Shown in pieces: positions 31,593 through 40,738 of a DNA stretch of 64,000 bases (its first letter is position 1; each line of letters begins with the position of its first letter). The notes below the pieces were generated by a model. That model ran no database searches, was not told where the DNA came from, and was given only the letters and a program-made list of their open reading frames with translations. The DNA lies in assembly GCA_029559475.1 (NCBI GenBank), contig JAKQBN010000055.1, forward strand, positions 7,089 through 71,088. Reading direction: 5' to 3'. Origin of the DNA: a bacterium (lineage in GTDB: Bacteria; UBA4055). The translations under genes and the position numbers were made by a program.

Positions 31593-32408
31593 CTATTTAC
31601 CCACTCCGTACATCGGCGTAATACCCTGTCCGAGGATGATCGAAACATTCTGCTTTTCTCTGACCAGCTCGATCTTTTCTTTCTCGATCTCGAGTGCACG
31701 GAGCTGCAGATATTCCTGGATTGACATAGACATCTGATTCTGATAGGCTTTATCAGCAATAGCTTTATTAACCTCGGCTTCCTTTCTGGAAACCTCAGCC
31801 TTAGATCTTGCTTCCTGTGTAAGTATGCTCTGATTCTGAGCTGCGGTCCTTTTTGTTTCCTCGAGAACTTCCTGCGGTGGAGTAACGGCACCGACCACTA
31901 CCTGCAGAATTTCAACAGGAATATCTATCTTTTTGCAGTAATCAGTAATAAGCGTGAAAGTTTCGCTCTGGATCTCCGCAAGTACCTGTCGGTTCCCCGC
32001 AAGATCGAACATTTTGTAAGAAGAGGCTTTATCCCTTATCATAGTTCTGAAAGTTTCCTGAATCGACATCGCATACCAGTTCTGACCGAATTTTTCATAA
32101 AGTTTAGGCGTTTGGCCTTTTATGATCTGAAGTTTCAGATATGCGTTGAAGTCCACCGGAATGTTGTCGTCGGTTATCATATCATCGAACGGTTCTGTGA
32201 TCGTCAGAGGCGTAACTTTAAAAAAAATCGCGCTTGTTGTCGGTGCCACCCAGACTAGACCCGGCTTTACAGCATCCTGATCAACTCCTCCATGTCCGAA
32301 AACCCAGGGCTGCATAAGAAGTACAGCTTCTTCATCCCCGTTCGGAGATACGGAGCAACCGGCAAGAAAAATTAACGAGGTTAATAGGAGATATTTTACA
32401 TACTTCAT
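31593..32408 (-). CDS. SPFH/band-7 (prohibitin-like) domain lipoprotein
   Basis: Lipobox LAGCS, followed by an SPFH-like region and a coiled-coil Ala/Glu-rich segment. Confidence 0.5.
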   Translation of the reverse strand: MKYVKYLLLTSLIFLAGCSVSPNGDEEAVLLMQPWVFGHGGVDQDAVKPGLVWVAPTTSAIFFKVTPLTITEPFDDMITDDNIPVDFNAYLKLQIIKGQTPKLYEKFGQNWYAMSIQETFRTMIRDKASSYKMFDLAGNRQVLAEIQSETFTLITDYCKKIDIPVEILQVVVGAVTPPQEVLEETKRTAAQNQSILTQEARSKAEVSRKEAEVNKAIADKAYQNQMSMSIQEYLQLRALEIEKEKIELVREKQNVSIILGQGITPMYGVGK

Positions 32409-32421
32409 TTGATCCTCCTGT

Positions 32422-33354
32422 TTAGTTTTGTCTTATATTATGTTCGGCGAGTCCGTAACATTCGTTCTTTTCGTGATTCTCGTGATGCCCCATCGGTTCT
32501 ATATGAACCACGATGTCGTAAACGTTCGGGATCTCTGATCTAATTTTATCTTCAAGCGCCATTACGAGATCGTGGGCATCAGATACTTTAATATTCCCGT
32601 CAACTTCCACGTCCATGTCGATAGTGTAAAGCACTCCGAGCTTAGTTATTCTAACGCGGTGCGGATTACCCACTCCGTCAGATTTTCTTACGACCTCGAA
32701 AATCTTATTGTATAGTTCCTGATCAACTTCTCCTTCCATCAGTTCCGTTAGGGTTCCCATGAATATCCTGACTGCGGAGAACATTATCCATACGCTTATT
32801 ATTATTGCAATTATCCTGTCTATTACAGGCATGTGAAAGTAAAAAGCGCAACATAGACCCATAAGTACACCGGTTGAAGTGACAACATCGTTGAGCATAT
32901 TTCTGCAGTTAGCTTTAAGCATTTCGCTGCGGGATTTTTTACCGAGAGCGTACTGGCTGTACGATAAAAGTATTTTTCCGAATATCGAGAAAACGGTCAC
33001 GTAGACGGCCCATATTCCCGGCATTTCTATAACAGGATGATTCGCGAGCTTATCTATCGTCGTCATAGCGAGCTGGCCGCCTATGAAGAACATTATAAAT
33101 GAAAGAACCGCAGTAGCTATTGTTTCAGCTCTGAAATGGCCGTACGGGTGTTTAGCGTCCGGAGGAGTATCAATTATCTTAGCCACGAACAGAGTGATTA
33201 TAGATATAAAAATATCGGTCATGCTGTCGATACCGTCGCTGACTACGGACATACTTCCTGACATCAGACCTATTATGATCTTGGATGCCGAAAGCACTGC
33301 ATTACCCGCGATGCTTATGATTGAAGCTGTTCTTATTATTCTGTTCCTGTCCAT
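32422..33354 (-). CDS. cation diffusion facilitator family transporter
   Basis: Six transmembrane segments plus a C-terminal cytoplasmic domain; HxxxD motifs typical of CDF transporters. Confidence 0.85.
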   Translation of the reverse strand: MDRNRIIRTASIISIAGNAVLSASKIIIGLMSGSMSVVSDGIDSMTDIFISIITLFVAKIIDTPPDAKHPYGHFRAETIATAVLSFIMFFIGGQLAMTTIDKLANHPVIEMPGIWAVYVTVFSIFGKILLSYSQYALGKKSRSEMLKANCRNMLNDVVTSTGVLMGLCCAFYFHMPVIDRIIAIIISVWIMFSAVRIFMGTLTELMEGEVDQELYNKIFEVVRKSDGVGNPHRVRITKLGVLYTIDMDVEVDGNIKVSDAHDLVMALEDKIRSEIPNVYDIVVHIEPMGHHENHEKNECYGLAEHNIRQN

Positions 33355-33478
33355 AAGAATAGAATATTATGAAATAAAAAAATCTAAATCAAGGTAAATA
33401 AAAAGTCTGATCGTTTATTACTTGAAATATGATTATATTTTGTTTAATATATCATCAGTATAATCTTAGGGAGGGTCT

Positions 33479-35005
33479 ATGACTTTATCAAAATCAAAAA
33501 TGCTGTTTAATTCGATATTACTGATCTGTACCGTTGTTTCATCACAGACAATAGTTCAGTGGTACACATCAATGGGGAATTTTAAAGGCCAGATGAGAGA
33601 GGATCTCGTTCCTATCACAGCTAATAATTTTATCGATCTTACAAACGCGGGTTTTTATGACGGTCTGATATTTCACAGAGTGATACAGGGTTTTGTCATA
33701 CAGGACGGCGACCCGCTGGGTACAGGCACCGGAGGACCGGGATATACGATACCTGATGAATTTCATCCTGATCTCAACCACAATTCCGCGGGAGTGCTCT
33801 CTATGGCAAATGCGGGGCCTAATACAGGGGGCTCACAGTATTTCATAACGCTGGATTCTTATCCTCATCTTAACGATAGCTATTCGGTCTTCGGTAAGAT
33901 AGTCGAGGGGATGGATGTTGTTTTCAATATCAGTTATGTTCCGGTAGATGATTCAGACAAACCGGTAACTCCTGTAAGAATAGACAGTATCAGAGTCGTA
34001 TATTCACCTCCTGCAGATGGAGTTTATCTAAGCGGTTATATCGAAGGCAGGACGCTTGTTTATGACGAAATATCCCTTGTCAATGTTAATGACCTGTTCT
34101 CGGATCGCGGCGGTGCGGACATTATGCTGAGTATTGAAGGCAATAGCAACCCTGAGATTCTTTCGTGTGCTCTGAACGATTCAGTCCTGACTCTAACGGC
34201 AGGAAATACTTCCGAAGGCTCATCTATAGTTACACTTAAAGGTACCGCGGGTGATTCATCAGAGACTTTTGATATTAAAGTATCTGTAATTGACTATAGC
34301 ATGACAGTGGAAGATTTTGAATCTGGAAGTATAGTCAGATTCCCGTGGCAGACAGGAATATACGGCTGGTCAGCTCAGAATACCGATCCGCAGGAAGGGG
34401 TCTACAGCCTGCAGTCCGACGCGATCGGGCATAGCCAGACCACGGAAATATTCATTGATACATATTATGAAAACGACGGTGAAATAAGCTTCTGGTACAA
34501 AGTTTCGTCCCAGGAAGATTATGATTATCTGGAGTTTTGGATCAACAGGATTAAAAAGATGTCCGTAAGCGGAGAGACACCCTGGAGAAAGATCGCTTTT
34601 CCAGTATCGTCCGGCAACCGCACTTTTAAATGGTATTATAAAAAAAGTGCTTCGGGGGTCTCCGGCGAGGACTGCGCAAGGATCGACAGGATAGAATTCA
34701 GAGGCGGTTCACCGGTATCGATAGAGCCTCAGATCACGCCTGTTCAGGTAGAGCTTTATAAGAATTATCCGAATCCGTTCAATCCAAGCACAGAAATAAC
34801 TTTTTCAATAGACAGAGCTCAACCTGTCAGGCTGTCGGTTTATAATCTTTCAGGCCAATTGGTCTCAGATCTCGTCAACAGGAAGCTGGAAAAAGGTTTT
34901 CATCAAATCAATTTTGATGCTTCAAACCTAAACAGCGGGATTTACTTTTATAAATTGGAATGCGAAGGTTTTACCGGGACGAATAAAATGCTGCTTATCA
35001 AATAG
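33479..35005 (+). CDS. secreted cyclophilin-type peptidyl-prolyl isomerase with T9SS C-terminal sorting domain
   Basis: Cyclophilin motifs FHRVIQGFVIQDGD and SMANAGPNTGGSQYFIT; C-terminal NYPNPFNPSTEITFSI...GIYFYKLECEGFTGTNKMLLIK matches the T9SS C-terminal domain. Confidence 0.85.
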   Translation: MTLSKSKMLFNSILLICTVVSSQTIVQWYTSMGNFKGQMREDLVPITANNFIDLTNAGFYDGLIFHRVIQGFVIQDGDPLGTGTGGPGYTIPDEFHPDLNHNSAGVLSMANAGPNTGGSQYFITLDSYPHLNDSYSVFGKIVEGMDVVFNISYVPVDDSDKPVTPVRIDSIRVVYSPPADGVYLSGYIEGRTLVYDEISLVNVNDLFSDRGGADIMLSIEGNSNPEILSCALNDSVLTLTAGNTSEGSSIVTLKGTAGDSSETFDIKVSVIDYSMTVEDFESGSIVRFPWQTGIYGWSAQNTDPQEGVYSLQSDAIGHSQTTEIFIDTYYENDGEISFWYKVSSQEDYDYLEFWINRIKKMSVSGETPWRKIAFPVSSGNRTFKWYYKKSASGVSGEDCARIDRIEFRGGSPVSIEPQITPVQVELYKNYPNPFNPSTEITFSIDRAQPVRLSVYNLSGQLVSDLVNRKLEKGFHQINFDASNLNSGIYFYKLECEGFTGTNKMLLIK

Positions 35006-35020
35006 CGGCAGTTTCGGAAT

Positions 35021-35539
35021 TTATTCAACTTCGATATCGAAAGATTTTAATAGTGATATTGCTTCCGGGATCGAAAATTTTGCTTTCTTGTGAATATTCT
35101 GGTTCAGATTTATTTCATAATTGACCGCATTGACGAATGAGGCAGAACTGAGGTCGCAATTCTTAAACCTGCTGTTTTGTAGGTCTGAATTGTCAAAAAC
35201 AGCTTTAGTCAGGTTAGTTCTATAAAAATCGCAATCGTGAATTTTGCAGCTGTCAAATATAATATTCTTCAGATCCATTTCAGAAAACACGCACAAGGTT
35301 ATCTGACAGTCTTTGCAGTTAAAGCTGAATGTGAAAGTATCGCAGTTTGAAAAATTCAGCCCCAGCATTTTGCAGTTATTGAACGAAACATTTATAAGCC
35401 TGGTTTTAGTCAGATCTACATTCGACAGATTGCAGTTTTCAAAGCGGCAGTCTGTGAAGGCTGTTCTCTTAAAAGATAGGCCGGTGAAATTTATATTTTC
35501 AAAGGTTTCAGATTCAAATTCATTATTTTCGTATTCCAT
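35021..35539 (-). CDS. pentapeptide-repeat protein
   Basis: Tandem A(D/N)LxX pentapeptide repeats across 172 aa. Confidence 0.8.
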   Translation of the reverse strand: MEYENNEFESETFENINFTGLSFKRTAFTDCRFENCNLSNVDLTKTRLINVSFNNCKMLGLNFSNCDTFTFSFNCKDCQITLCVFSEMDLKNIIFDSCKIHDCDFYRTNLTKAVFDNSDLQNSRFKNCDLSSASFVNAVNYEINLNQNIHKKAKFSIPEAISLLKSFDIEVE

Positions 35540-35565
35540 AGCTATATCTTTTCCAGATAAGGTTA

Positions 35566-35590
35566 GACTTTTTTGCGACGAATAAATTTA
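35566..35590. repeat. boundary motif M copy C (gacttttttgcgacgaataaattta)
   Basis: ~25-nt motif repeated at 37321-37345 and 43210-43234, each directly after a stop codon; resembles the core of the permease 3'-end repeat. Confidence 0.5.
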
Positions 35591-36637
35591 TTTTAATTTC
35601 TTTACATCTATTTTTTTGATATCTGTTTCAAGCTCTTTCAGGCTATTTTCTCTTTCTGCAAGCCTCTGGTTCTCAATGAATTTCTCATATTCGGCTTCTG
35701 ACTTCTCAAGAGCTGCCTGATGACTTATTTTTCCTGCGTGTGTGAGTAATTCTCTCTTGTTCATTTTTAAAATATCGTCAAGCTTTTCTATCCAGTCTTT
35801 CATATACATCGGAATATGCTGATTCGCCATTGTCTCAGCGAACGCGAGATACTGCTCCACAAGAAGCCCGAGAAGGCTCATTTCGTTCTCATTCAGATAA
35901 TTTTTTGCTGTCGAAACTTCGCTTTTTGTAATTCGTGTGCCGGAATCTTTATCGTAAGACTGCATGCCCATCAAAGGCATTTTTGCATCAGCTCTTCGAT
36001 AAATCAGCTCAGCTGCGGTCTGCTTACTTATAGCCCATAATAGTTTATTCTGAACGATCTTGAAGAATTCGATAGTTTTTTCATCTTTGGGATTATAATC
36101 TATGCTTGTTGTATAAATATCTTTGATCTTCTGATAAAAGAACCGTTCTGAGATCCTTATCTCGCGAAGTCGTGCCTGAAGTTCGTTAAAATAATTCATC
36201 GAATTACCCTTTTTGAACCTCTCATCGTTCAGAGTGAAGCCTTTAACGATATATTCCTTAAGCCTCTGAGTAGCCCATTTTCTGAATTGGGTACCCTGGA
36301 GTGATTTTACACGATATCCGACAGAAATTATAGCATCGAGATTATAATAATTAACTTCCGTTTCTTGAGTTTTACCTTCAATTGCACCGTGCTGAGTGGT
36401 TTGTCGGAATTTCCGACATACCATATGTTCATCCAATTCGCACTCTTTAAAAATATTTCTAATATGTTCAGTTATTGTCGTTCTGCCTTTCCCGAAAAGC
36501 TGAGCTATCTGATTTTGATTCAGCCATACGGTTTCACTTTCCAGGATCACATCGATCTTTACTTTGCCGTCATCAGCTTCGTAAACAAGGAATTGGCTGC
36601 TCTTCGAATCATGTATTGTGATATCATTTTTTGCCAT
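35588..36637 (-). CDS. RhuM-family virulence/defence-island protein
   Basis: Conserved RhuM N-terminal region (WLNQNQIAQLFGKGRTTITEHIRNIF...EVNYYNLDAIISVGYRVKS). Confidence 0.8.
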   Translation of the reverse strand: MAKNDITIHDSKSSQFLVYEADDGKVKIDVILESETVWLNQNQIAQLFGKGRTTITEHIRNIFKECELDEHMVCRKFRQTTQHGAIEGKTQETEVNYYNLDAIISVGYRVKSLQGTQFRKWATQRLKEYIVKGFTLNDERFKKGNSMNYFNELQARLREIRISERFFYQKIKDIYTTSIDYNPKDEKTIEFFKIVQNKLLWAISKQTAAELIYRRADAKMPLMGMQSYDKDSGTRITKSEVSTAKNYLNENEMSLLGLLVEQYLAFAETMANQHIPMYMKDWIEKLDDILKMNKRELLTHAGKISHQAALEKSEAEYEKFIENQRLAERENSLKELETDIKKIDVKKLK

Positions 36638-36694
36638 ATATTCTCCTCAGTAACTTCATAGGCAATTTAAGAAAAAATTCAAAGATATTCTATA

Positions 36695-36711
36695 TTTACC
36701 TGAATTATTTA
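36695..36711. repeat. boundary motif X copy 1 (tttacctgaattattta)
   Basis: Identical 16-17-mer at 38021-38037; shares tacctgaat with the permease 3'-end repeat. Confidence 0.4.
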
Positions 36712-36784
36712 CATGAACCTTATTATTGACGATTTGATTTAATCGGAAAAATTCGTATATTACGGATAAGAAAACGGAGTAAGA

Positions 36785-37033
36785 ATGCCTGTAATATCAA
36801 GATTCTATGGCATAATAATTAAGATGTACTTCAATGAGCACGGAATTCCTCATTTTCATGCTATTTATAATGAGTATAACGGAGTTTTCAGCATATCTGA
36901 TCTGATAATGATAGAAGGGGATTTGCCTTCAAAAGCACAGACACTTGTAAAGGAGTGGGCATTTAAATATAAAGATGAACTTGAAAAGATGTGGGCAACG
37001 AAAGACATAATTACTCTTCCGGGGTTGGAATAA
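36785..37033 (+). CDS. DUF4160-family protein
   Basis: MPVISRFYGIIIKMYFNEHGIPHFHA is the characteristic DUF4160 N-terminus; overlaps the start of its DUF2442 partner. Confidence 0.65.
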   Translation: MPVISRFYGIIIKMYFNEHGIPHFHAIYNEYNGVFSISDLIMIEGDLPSKAQTLVKEWAFKYKDELEKMWATKDIITLPGLE

Positions 37034-37320
37034 TGAATTTCCATAGAATTAAAAATATAGAGGTTTTGAATAATTATCAGCTCAAAGTTGAATTTATAAC
37101 CGGCGAAATAAAAATATACGATTGCAAACCACTGCTTGAGAAAGATGTTTTCAAAGCTCTGGAAAATGAGAATTTATTCAGGAAAGTAAAGGTTGATATT
37201 GGAGGCTACGGTATTATCTGGAACGATGAAATTGATATTTCTGAATCTGAATTATGGATAAACGGCAAAAATATTAACTCCCAAGTCGCTGAAGACAAAG
37301 CAGATTACAATTCAAAATAA
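36991..37320 (+). CDS. DUF2442-family protein (true start probably the ATG at ~37032 overlapping the DUF4160 stop)
   Basis: MNFHRIKNIEVLNNYQLKVEFITGEIKIYDCKPLL matches the DUF2442 pattern; DUF4160 and DUF2442 form a conserved gene pair. Confidence 0.6.
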   Translation: MGNERHNYSSGVGIMNFHRIKNIEVLNNYQLKVEFITGEIKIYDCKPLLEKDVFKALENENLFRKVKVDIGGYGIIWNDEIDISESELWINGKNINSQVAEDKADYNSK

Positions 37321-37345
37321 GACTTTTTTATAACGAATAAATTTA
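37321..37345. repeat. boundary motif M copy A (gacttttttataacgaataaattta)
   Basis: Immediately follows the DUF2442 stop codon; 22/25 identical to copy C. Confidence 0.5.
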
Positions 37346-37350
37346 CTCGA

Positions 37351-37899
37351 TTACGGCAGGCGGCCGAGCAGAAGGTTTAAACTCAGGCCCGCAAAGCTTT
37401 TCTCCGCATTGATATTCCCGAAAGCCGAAAGACTTAATCCGAAAGGACGCGCTCTGTTCAGATCAAGCTGAATTTCCAAAGGAAACCCGAATGTCTGAAA
37501 ATTGTTCATTTCGTATCTTGGTGAAGGATCGTTCTCAATAAAATATTTTTTACCTTCATATTCACCGGTTGTAACACTAATACCGCAAAGATATGATAAA
37601 TGAATATTCCCGAAAGATCGTCCGTATCCGTAAAGCAAACCATAATCCCAGGCTGAACCGCCATTATAAGGCTCACACGAAATAGTGCTACCTCCCGCAA
37701 TTCTCAACTTGATAACGTGCGTGTATTTTGAAAAATTGATTGAAACATTACCGCCTGTTAAGCCTGTATCCTCTGTAACAACTGCGCCTAATCCTGCGCT
37801 GAACCAGAGATGGTAGGGGAAAGGTCCGGTGCGTTCCTTGAAATTTATCGCGTTCAGGCATGAGGCGGTGAAGATCAGGAACAATAAAAAATACTTCAT
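37351..37899 (-). CDS. hypothetical secreted/outer-membrane beta-rich protein
   Basis: N-terminal signal peptide MKYFLLFLIFTASCLNA; Gly/aromatic-rich pattern, C-terminal aromatic. Confidence 0.4.
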   Translation of the reverse strand: MKYFLLFLIFTASCLNAINFKERTGPFPYHLWFSAGLGAVVTEDTGLTGGNVSINFSKYTHVIKLRIAGGSTISCEPYNGGSAWDYGLLYGYGRSFGNIHLSYLCGISVTTGEYEGKKYFIENDPSPRYEMNNFQTFGFPLEIQLDLNRARPFGLSLSAFGNINAEKSFAGLSLNLLLGRLP

Positions 37900-38020
37900 T
37901 TTGACCTCAGTTTTGCAGTCGAATTACACTTTCTGATAATTTAGGAACACTTGAGACTTTTTGCAAGGTAATATTATCGTTTTGCTGTCCTCAGCAAAAT
38001 GATCGGAACTCACATTTCCG

Positions 38021-38037
38021 CTTACCTGAATTATTTA
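38021..38037. repeat. boundary motif X copy 2 (cttacctgaattattta)
   Basis: Identical core to 36695-36711; abuts the stop of the AAA-DUF4143 gene. Confidence 0.4.
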
Positions 38038-38048
38038 TAAAAGCCTTA

Positions 38049-39254
38049 TTATTGAAGAGTTGGTTTAGACAGAAAATCAAACAGATTTATATGTTTTACG
38101 CCTGACTTTCTTTTAAAAACGACCGGATCCATTGAAATAACATACTTCGGATGGTTGTCCCTGACAGCCTCAAGGGCTGAAAACTCTCTTTCTGCTGTTT
38201 CCTGATTCTGCATCAGATATGATACCTGAATATAGATTTTTTCTTCTTCCTTTTCCGCTATAAAATCAATTTCCTTGTCTCCTATTCTGCCGAATGATAC
38301 TTTATAATCCCTTCTGTAAAGCTCAAGGCAGACTATGTTCTCCAGTATTCCGCCGATATCTTCATCTCTGAATCCCAGTACCGCGTGTCTTAAACCCAGG
38401 TCGCCGGCGTAATATTTTGCGTTCGTGTCAAGATATTCTTTTCCTTTTAAGTCGTATTGCCTGATCTTATGTGTGATCATTACATCGTTCAGGTTGTGTA
38501 TAAGGCTCAGAATAGTCGGAACACTGGTTTTTATGTGCTGGTTCTTCATATATTTTACGACGCTGCTTGCGTTGAACTGATTACCTATGTTATCGAAAAC
38601 AAAGCTCACTACGTCCTCCAGCAGGCTCACATTCCTTACATTGAATTTCTTAACTATATCTTTGAGAAGTATCGTCTGGTAGATAGCATCAAGGAACTGA
38701 AATGTTGCGGAAGCTTGAAAATCCAGATGAAAAAGTCCCGGCAGCCCTCCGAATCTGATATATTTTCTGAATACTTCCTCCTTCGGCTTACTTTCAAAAC
38801 CTCCGAGCTCGGTAAATTCATTGAAGCTGAAAGTATATATTTTGAACTCGACATATCTGCCTGAGATCAAAGTGGCAAGATCAGATGAGAGAAGATGCGA
38901 GTTCGATCCTGTGATATAAACATCCATGCCTTCAGCCAGAAAAGAGTTCACCGACCGTTCCCATTCCTTTATTTCCTGTACTTCATCAATAAGGATAACC
39001 GAACCGGACTTTCCTCCCGATTCGTCTATATAGCTATTCAATACTTTATAGTCAGTTATAAAATCGAACTGACGAAGCTCTTTATTTATTGAAATGACTT
39101 TCTTTTTCGGTTCGTTATGTTTTATCTCAGCTTCGATCTGCTTCAGCAGTTCACTTTTTCCCACCCTTCTCATACCGCTCAGGATCTTTATGACCGGTTT
39201 ACCCATAAAAGGCCTGATCTTTTTTAAATATGTTTCCCTTATTATAGTTTTCAT
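38049..39254 (-). CDS. AAA ATPase (AAA_14 + DUF4143 family)
   Basis: Walker A SGMRRVGKSELL, Walker B ILIDEVQ, C-terminal DUF4143-like region; 401 aa. Confidence 0.75.
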   Translation of the reverse strand: MKTIIRETYLKKIRPFMGKPVIKILSGMRRVGKSELLKQIEAEIKHNEPKKKVISINKELRQFDFITDYKVLNSYIDESGGKSGSVILIDEVQEIKEWERSVNSFLAEGMDVYITGSNSHLLSSDLATLISGRYVEFKIYTFSFNEFTELGGFESKPKEEVFRKYIRFGGLPGLFHLDFQASATFQFLDAIYQTILLKDIVKKFNVRNVSLLEDVVSFVFDNIGNQFNASSVVKYMKNQHIKTSVPTILSLIHNLNDVMITHKIRQYDLKGKEYLDTNAKYYAGDLGLRHAVLGFRDEDIGGILENIVCLELYRRDYKVSFGRIGDKEIDFIAEKEEEKIYIQVSYLMQNQETAEREFSALEAVRDNHPKYVISMDPVVFKRKSGVKHINLFDFLSKPTLQ

Positions 39255-39590
39255 GTTTTAATTCCTATTTTAAATTCCTGACAAAATAAAGGAAATTTAA
39301 TATATACTTTAGATAAATGCAAGTTTTTAATTAATTTAAAATGTAAAATTATTTAAATATTAAAGCTGCGGCTTCATACTGCGTAGAAGTATCATTTATT
39401 TCTGACCACTTTTGGCTGTTTTACAAGGATAATAAATAACATTAATGGACAAAAGGAAAGGTTATTTTAACAATATTTTGGCTATTTTACAAGGATACTT
39501 TATTTTGAACGATTAATTAACAGGCATATAGGGTAAGTTTCAAATCAACGATACAAGATAAAATTCCCAAATATTCTATAACTACCTTCA

Positions 39591-40094
39591 CTACCCCAGC
39601 CCCAGCACCAATTCCGGAATAAACTTATTCCTTGCGTCAGGATAGATCTTCTTTCTAAAGTTCTCTACCGCAATTTTCTCATATAAGTATAAAGACCCTC
39701 CGTCTCCGGCTATTGAATATTTAGGCATAATAATATCACCCAGCTTAATATCCGCTTTCAAAGCACCTGCCGCGCCTATGAATATCACTTTTTTGCATTT
39801 CGATCCGCCCAGAGTCAAACATGAATCGATCGTATTGGCCGCACCCGCCGCTACCTGAATATAGCCGAAACTTTTACCTTCAAATTCTACGGTATAACCG
39901 CAATAATACGGACCTTTTTTTTCTACTCTGACCACAGGATTGTATGCCGAAAAAATAATTTCAGGATTCCACGAAGGAGCCACGATTACCGCATCGTATT
40001 CAAAATCGGGATCTAACCCGTAGATATCTTTCAGCAGATTATCACAGGCGTTATACTTATGCAGGGATGATTTAAATTTTTCGTAGAGGGTCAT
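39591..40094 (-). pseudogene. truncated PNP/UDP-1 family nucleosidase (MTA/SAH-nucleosidase-like N-terminal half only)
   Basis: GYIQVAAGAANTIDSCLTLGGSKCKKVIFIGAAGALKADIKLGDIIMPKYSIAGDG aligns with the N-terminal half of Pfs/MtnN ([45 protein letters not shown]). The ORF stops after ~130 residues of the fold, the catalytic C-terminal half is absent, and 336 nt of repeat-containing non-coding DNA follow. Confidence 0.5.
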
Positions 40095-40179
40095 CTATTC
40101 GAACTCCTTTGAGCATTTGAGCCTGAAGCATTCAGATACTTATAACTTTTTTTTGTCGTCAATCTAAGAGGGAATAGTA

Positions 40180-40731
40180 TCATTTTTCAAGAAATTGAAT
40201 AGCTTTATATATATTTGAGTATGATCCTCCTTTAAGTTCTAATTCTGAAGCGTATTGAACGGCTTTATACTGTCCTGAAATTAATTTTTCAACCCACTCT
40301 CTATTTTTTAGAAATTTCTCAGTTTTATCATAGCTCTCAATATATTTCAGTAACTCTTTTTTCAATTCGCCATAACTAGAGTATCGCTTATTGCGCTGAA
40401 CAAAATGGATAAGGAACCAGAATTCTATTGAAGGCAGGCTGTCGCAAATCAGCACGTTTTTATTGTCTTTGTATCTTTTTCTAAACTTTTCCAGTTTATC
40501 CTTCTCAACGTCATTTCTTTGTGATACATCAGCATCGAATACGCATATCGCTACAGCATCGGCTTCTAAAATTTCCTTTACTTTTTTCTCTATCTTCGAG
40601 ATGCAGGTATTACTGTCGCAAAATCTTGGACTCACACTATATTTATAATCTTTAAGAATTTTCAGGTGTTTAAAGTAATATTTTTCTGTTACACCTTCTC
40701 CGATTATATGTATTGCTTGCTTTAATTTCAT
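40180..40731 (-). CDS. RloB-like (Toprim-like) protein, AbiLii-like
   Basis: N-terminal IHIIGEGVTEKYYFKHL matches the RloB pattern (ilCEGekTEpnYF); 8-nt gap to the upstream ATPase gene. Confidence 0.7.
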   Translation of the reverse strand: MKLKQAIHIIGEGVTEKYYFKHLKILKDYKYSVSPRFCDSNTCISKIEKKVKEILEADAVAICVFDADVSQRNDVEKDKLEKFRKRYKDNKNVLICDSLPSIEFWFLIHFVQRNKRYSSYGELKKELLKYIESYDKTEKFLKNREWVEKLISGQYKAVQYASELELKGGSYSNIYKAIQFLEK

Positions 40732-40738
40732 TATAATC

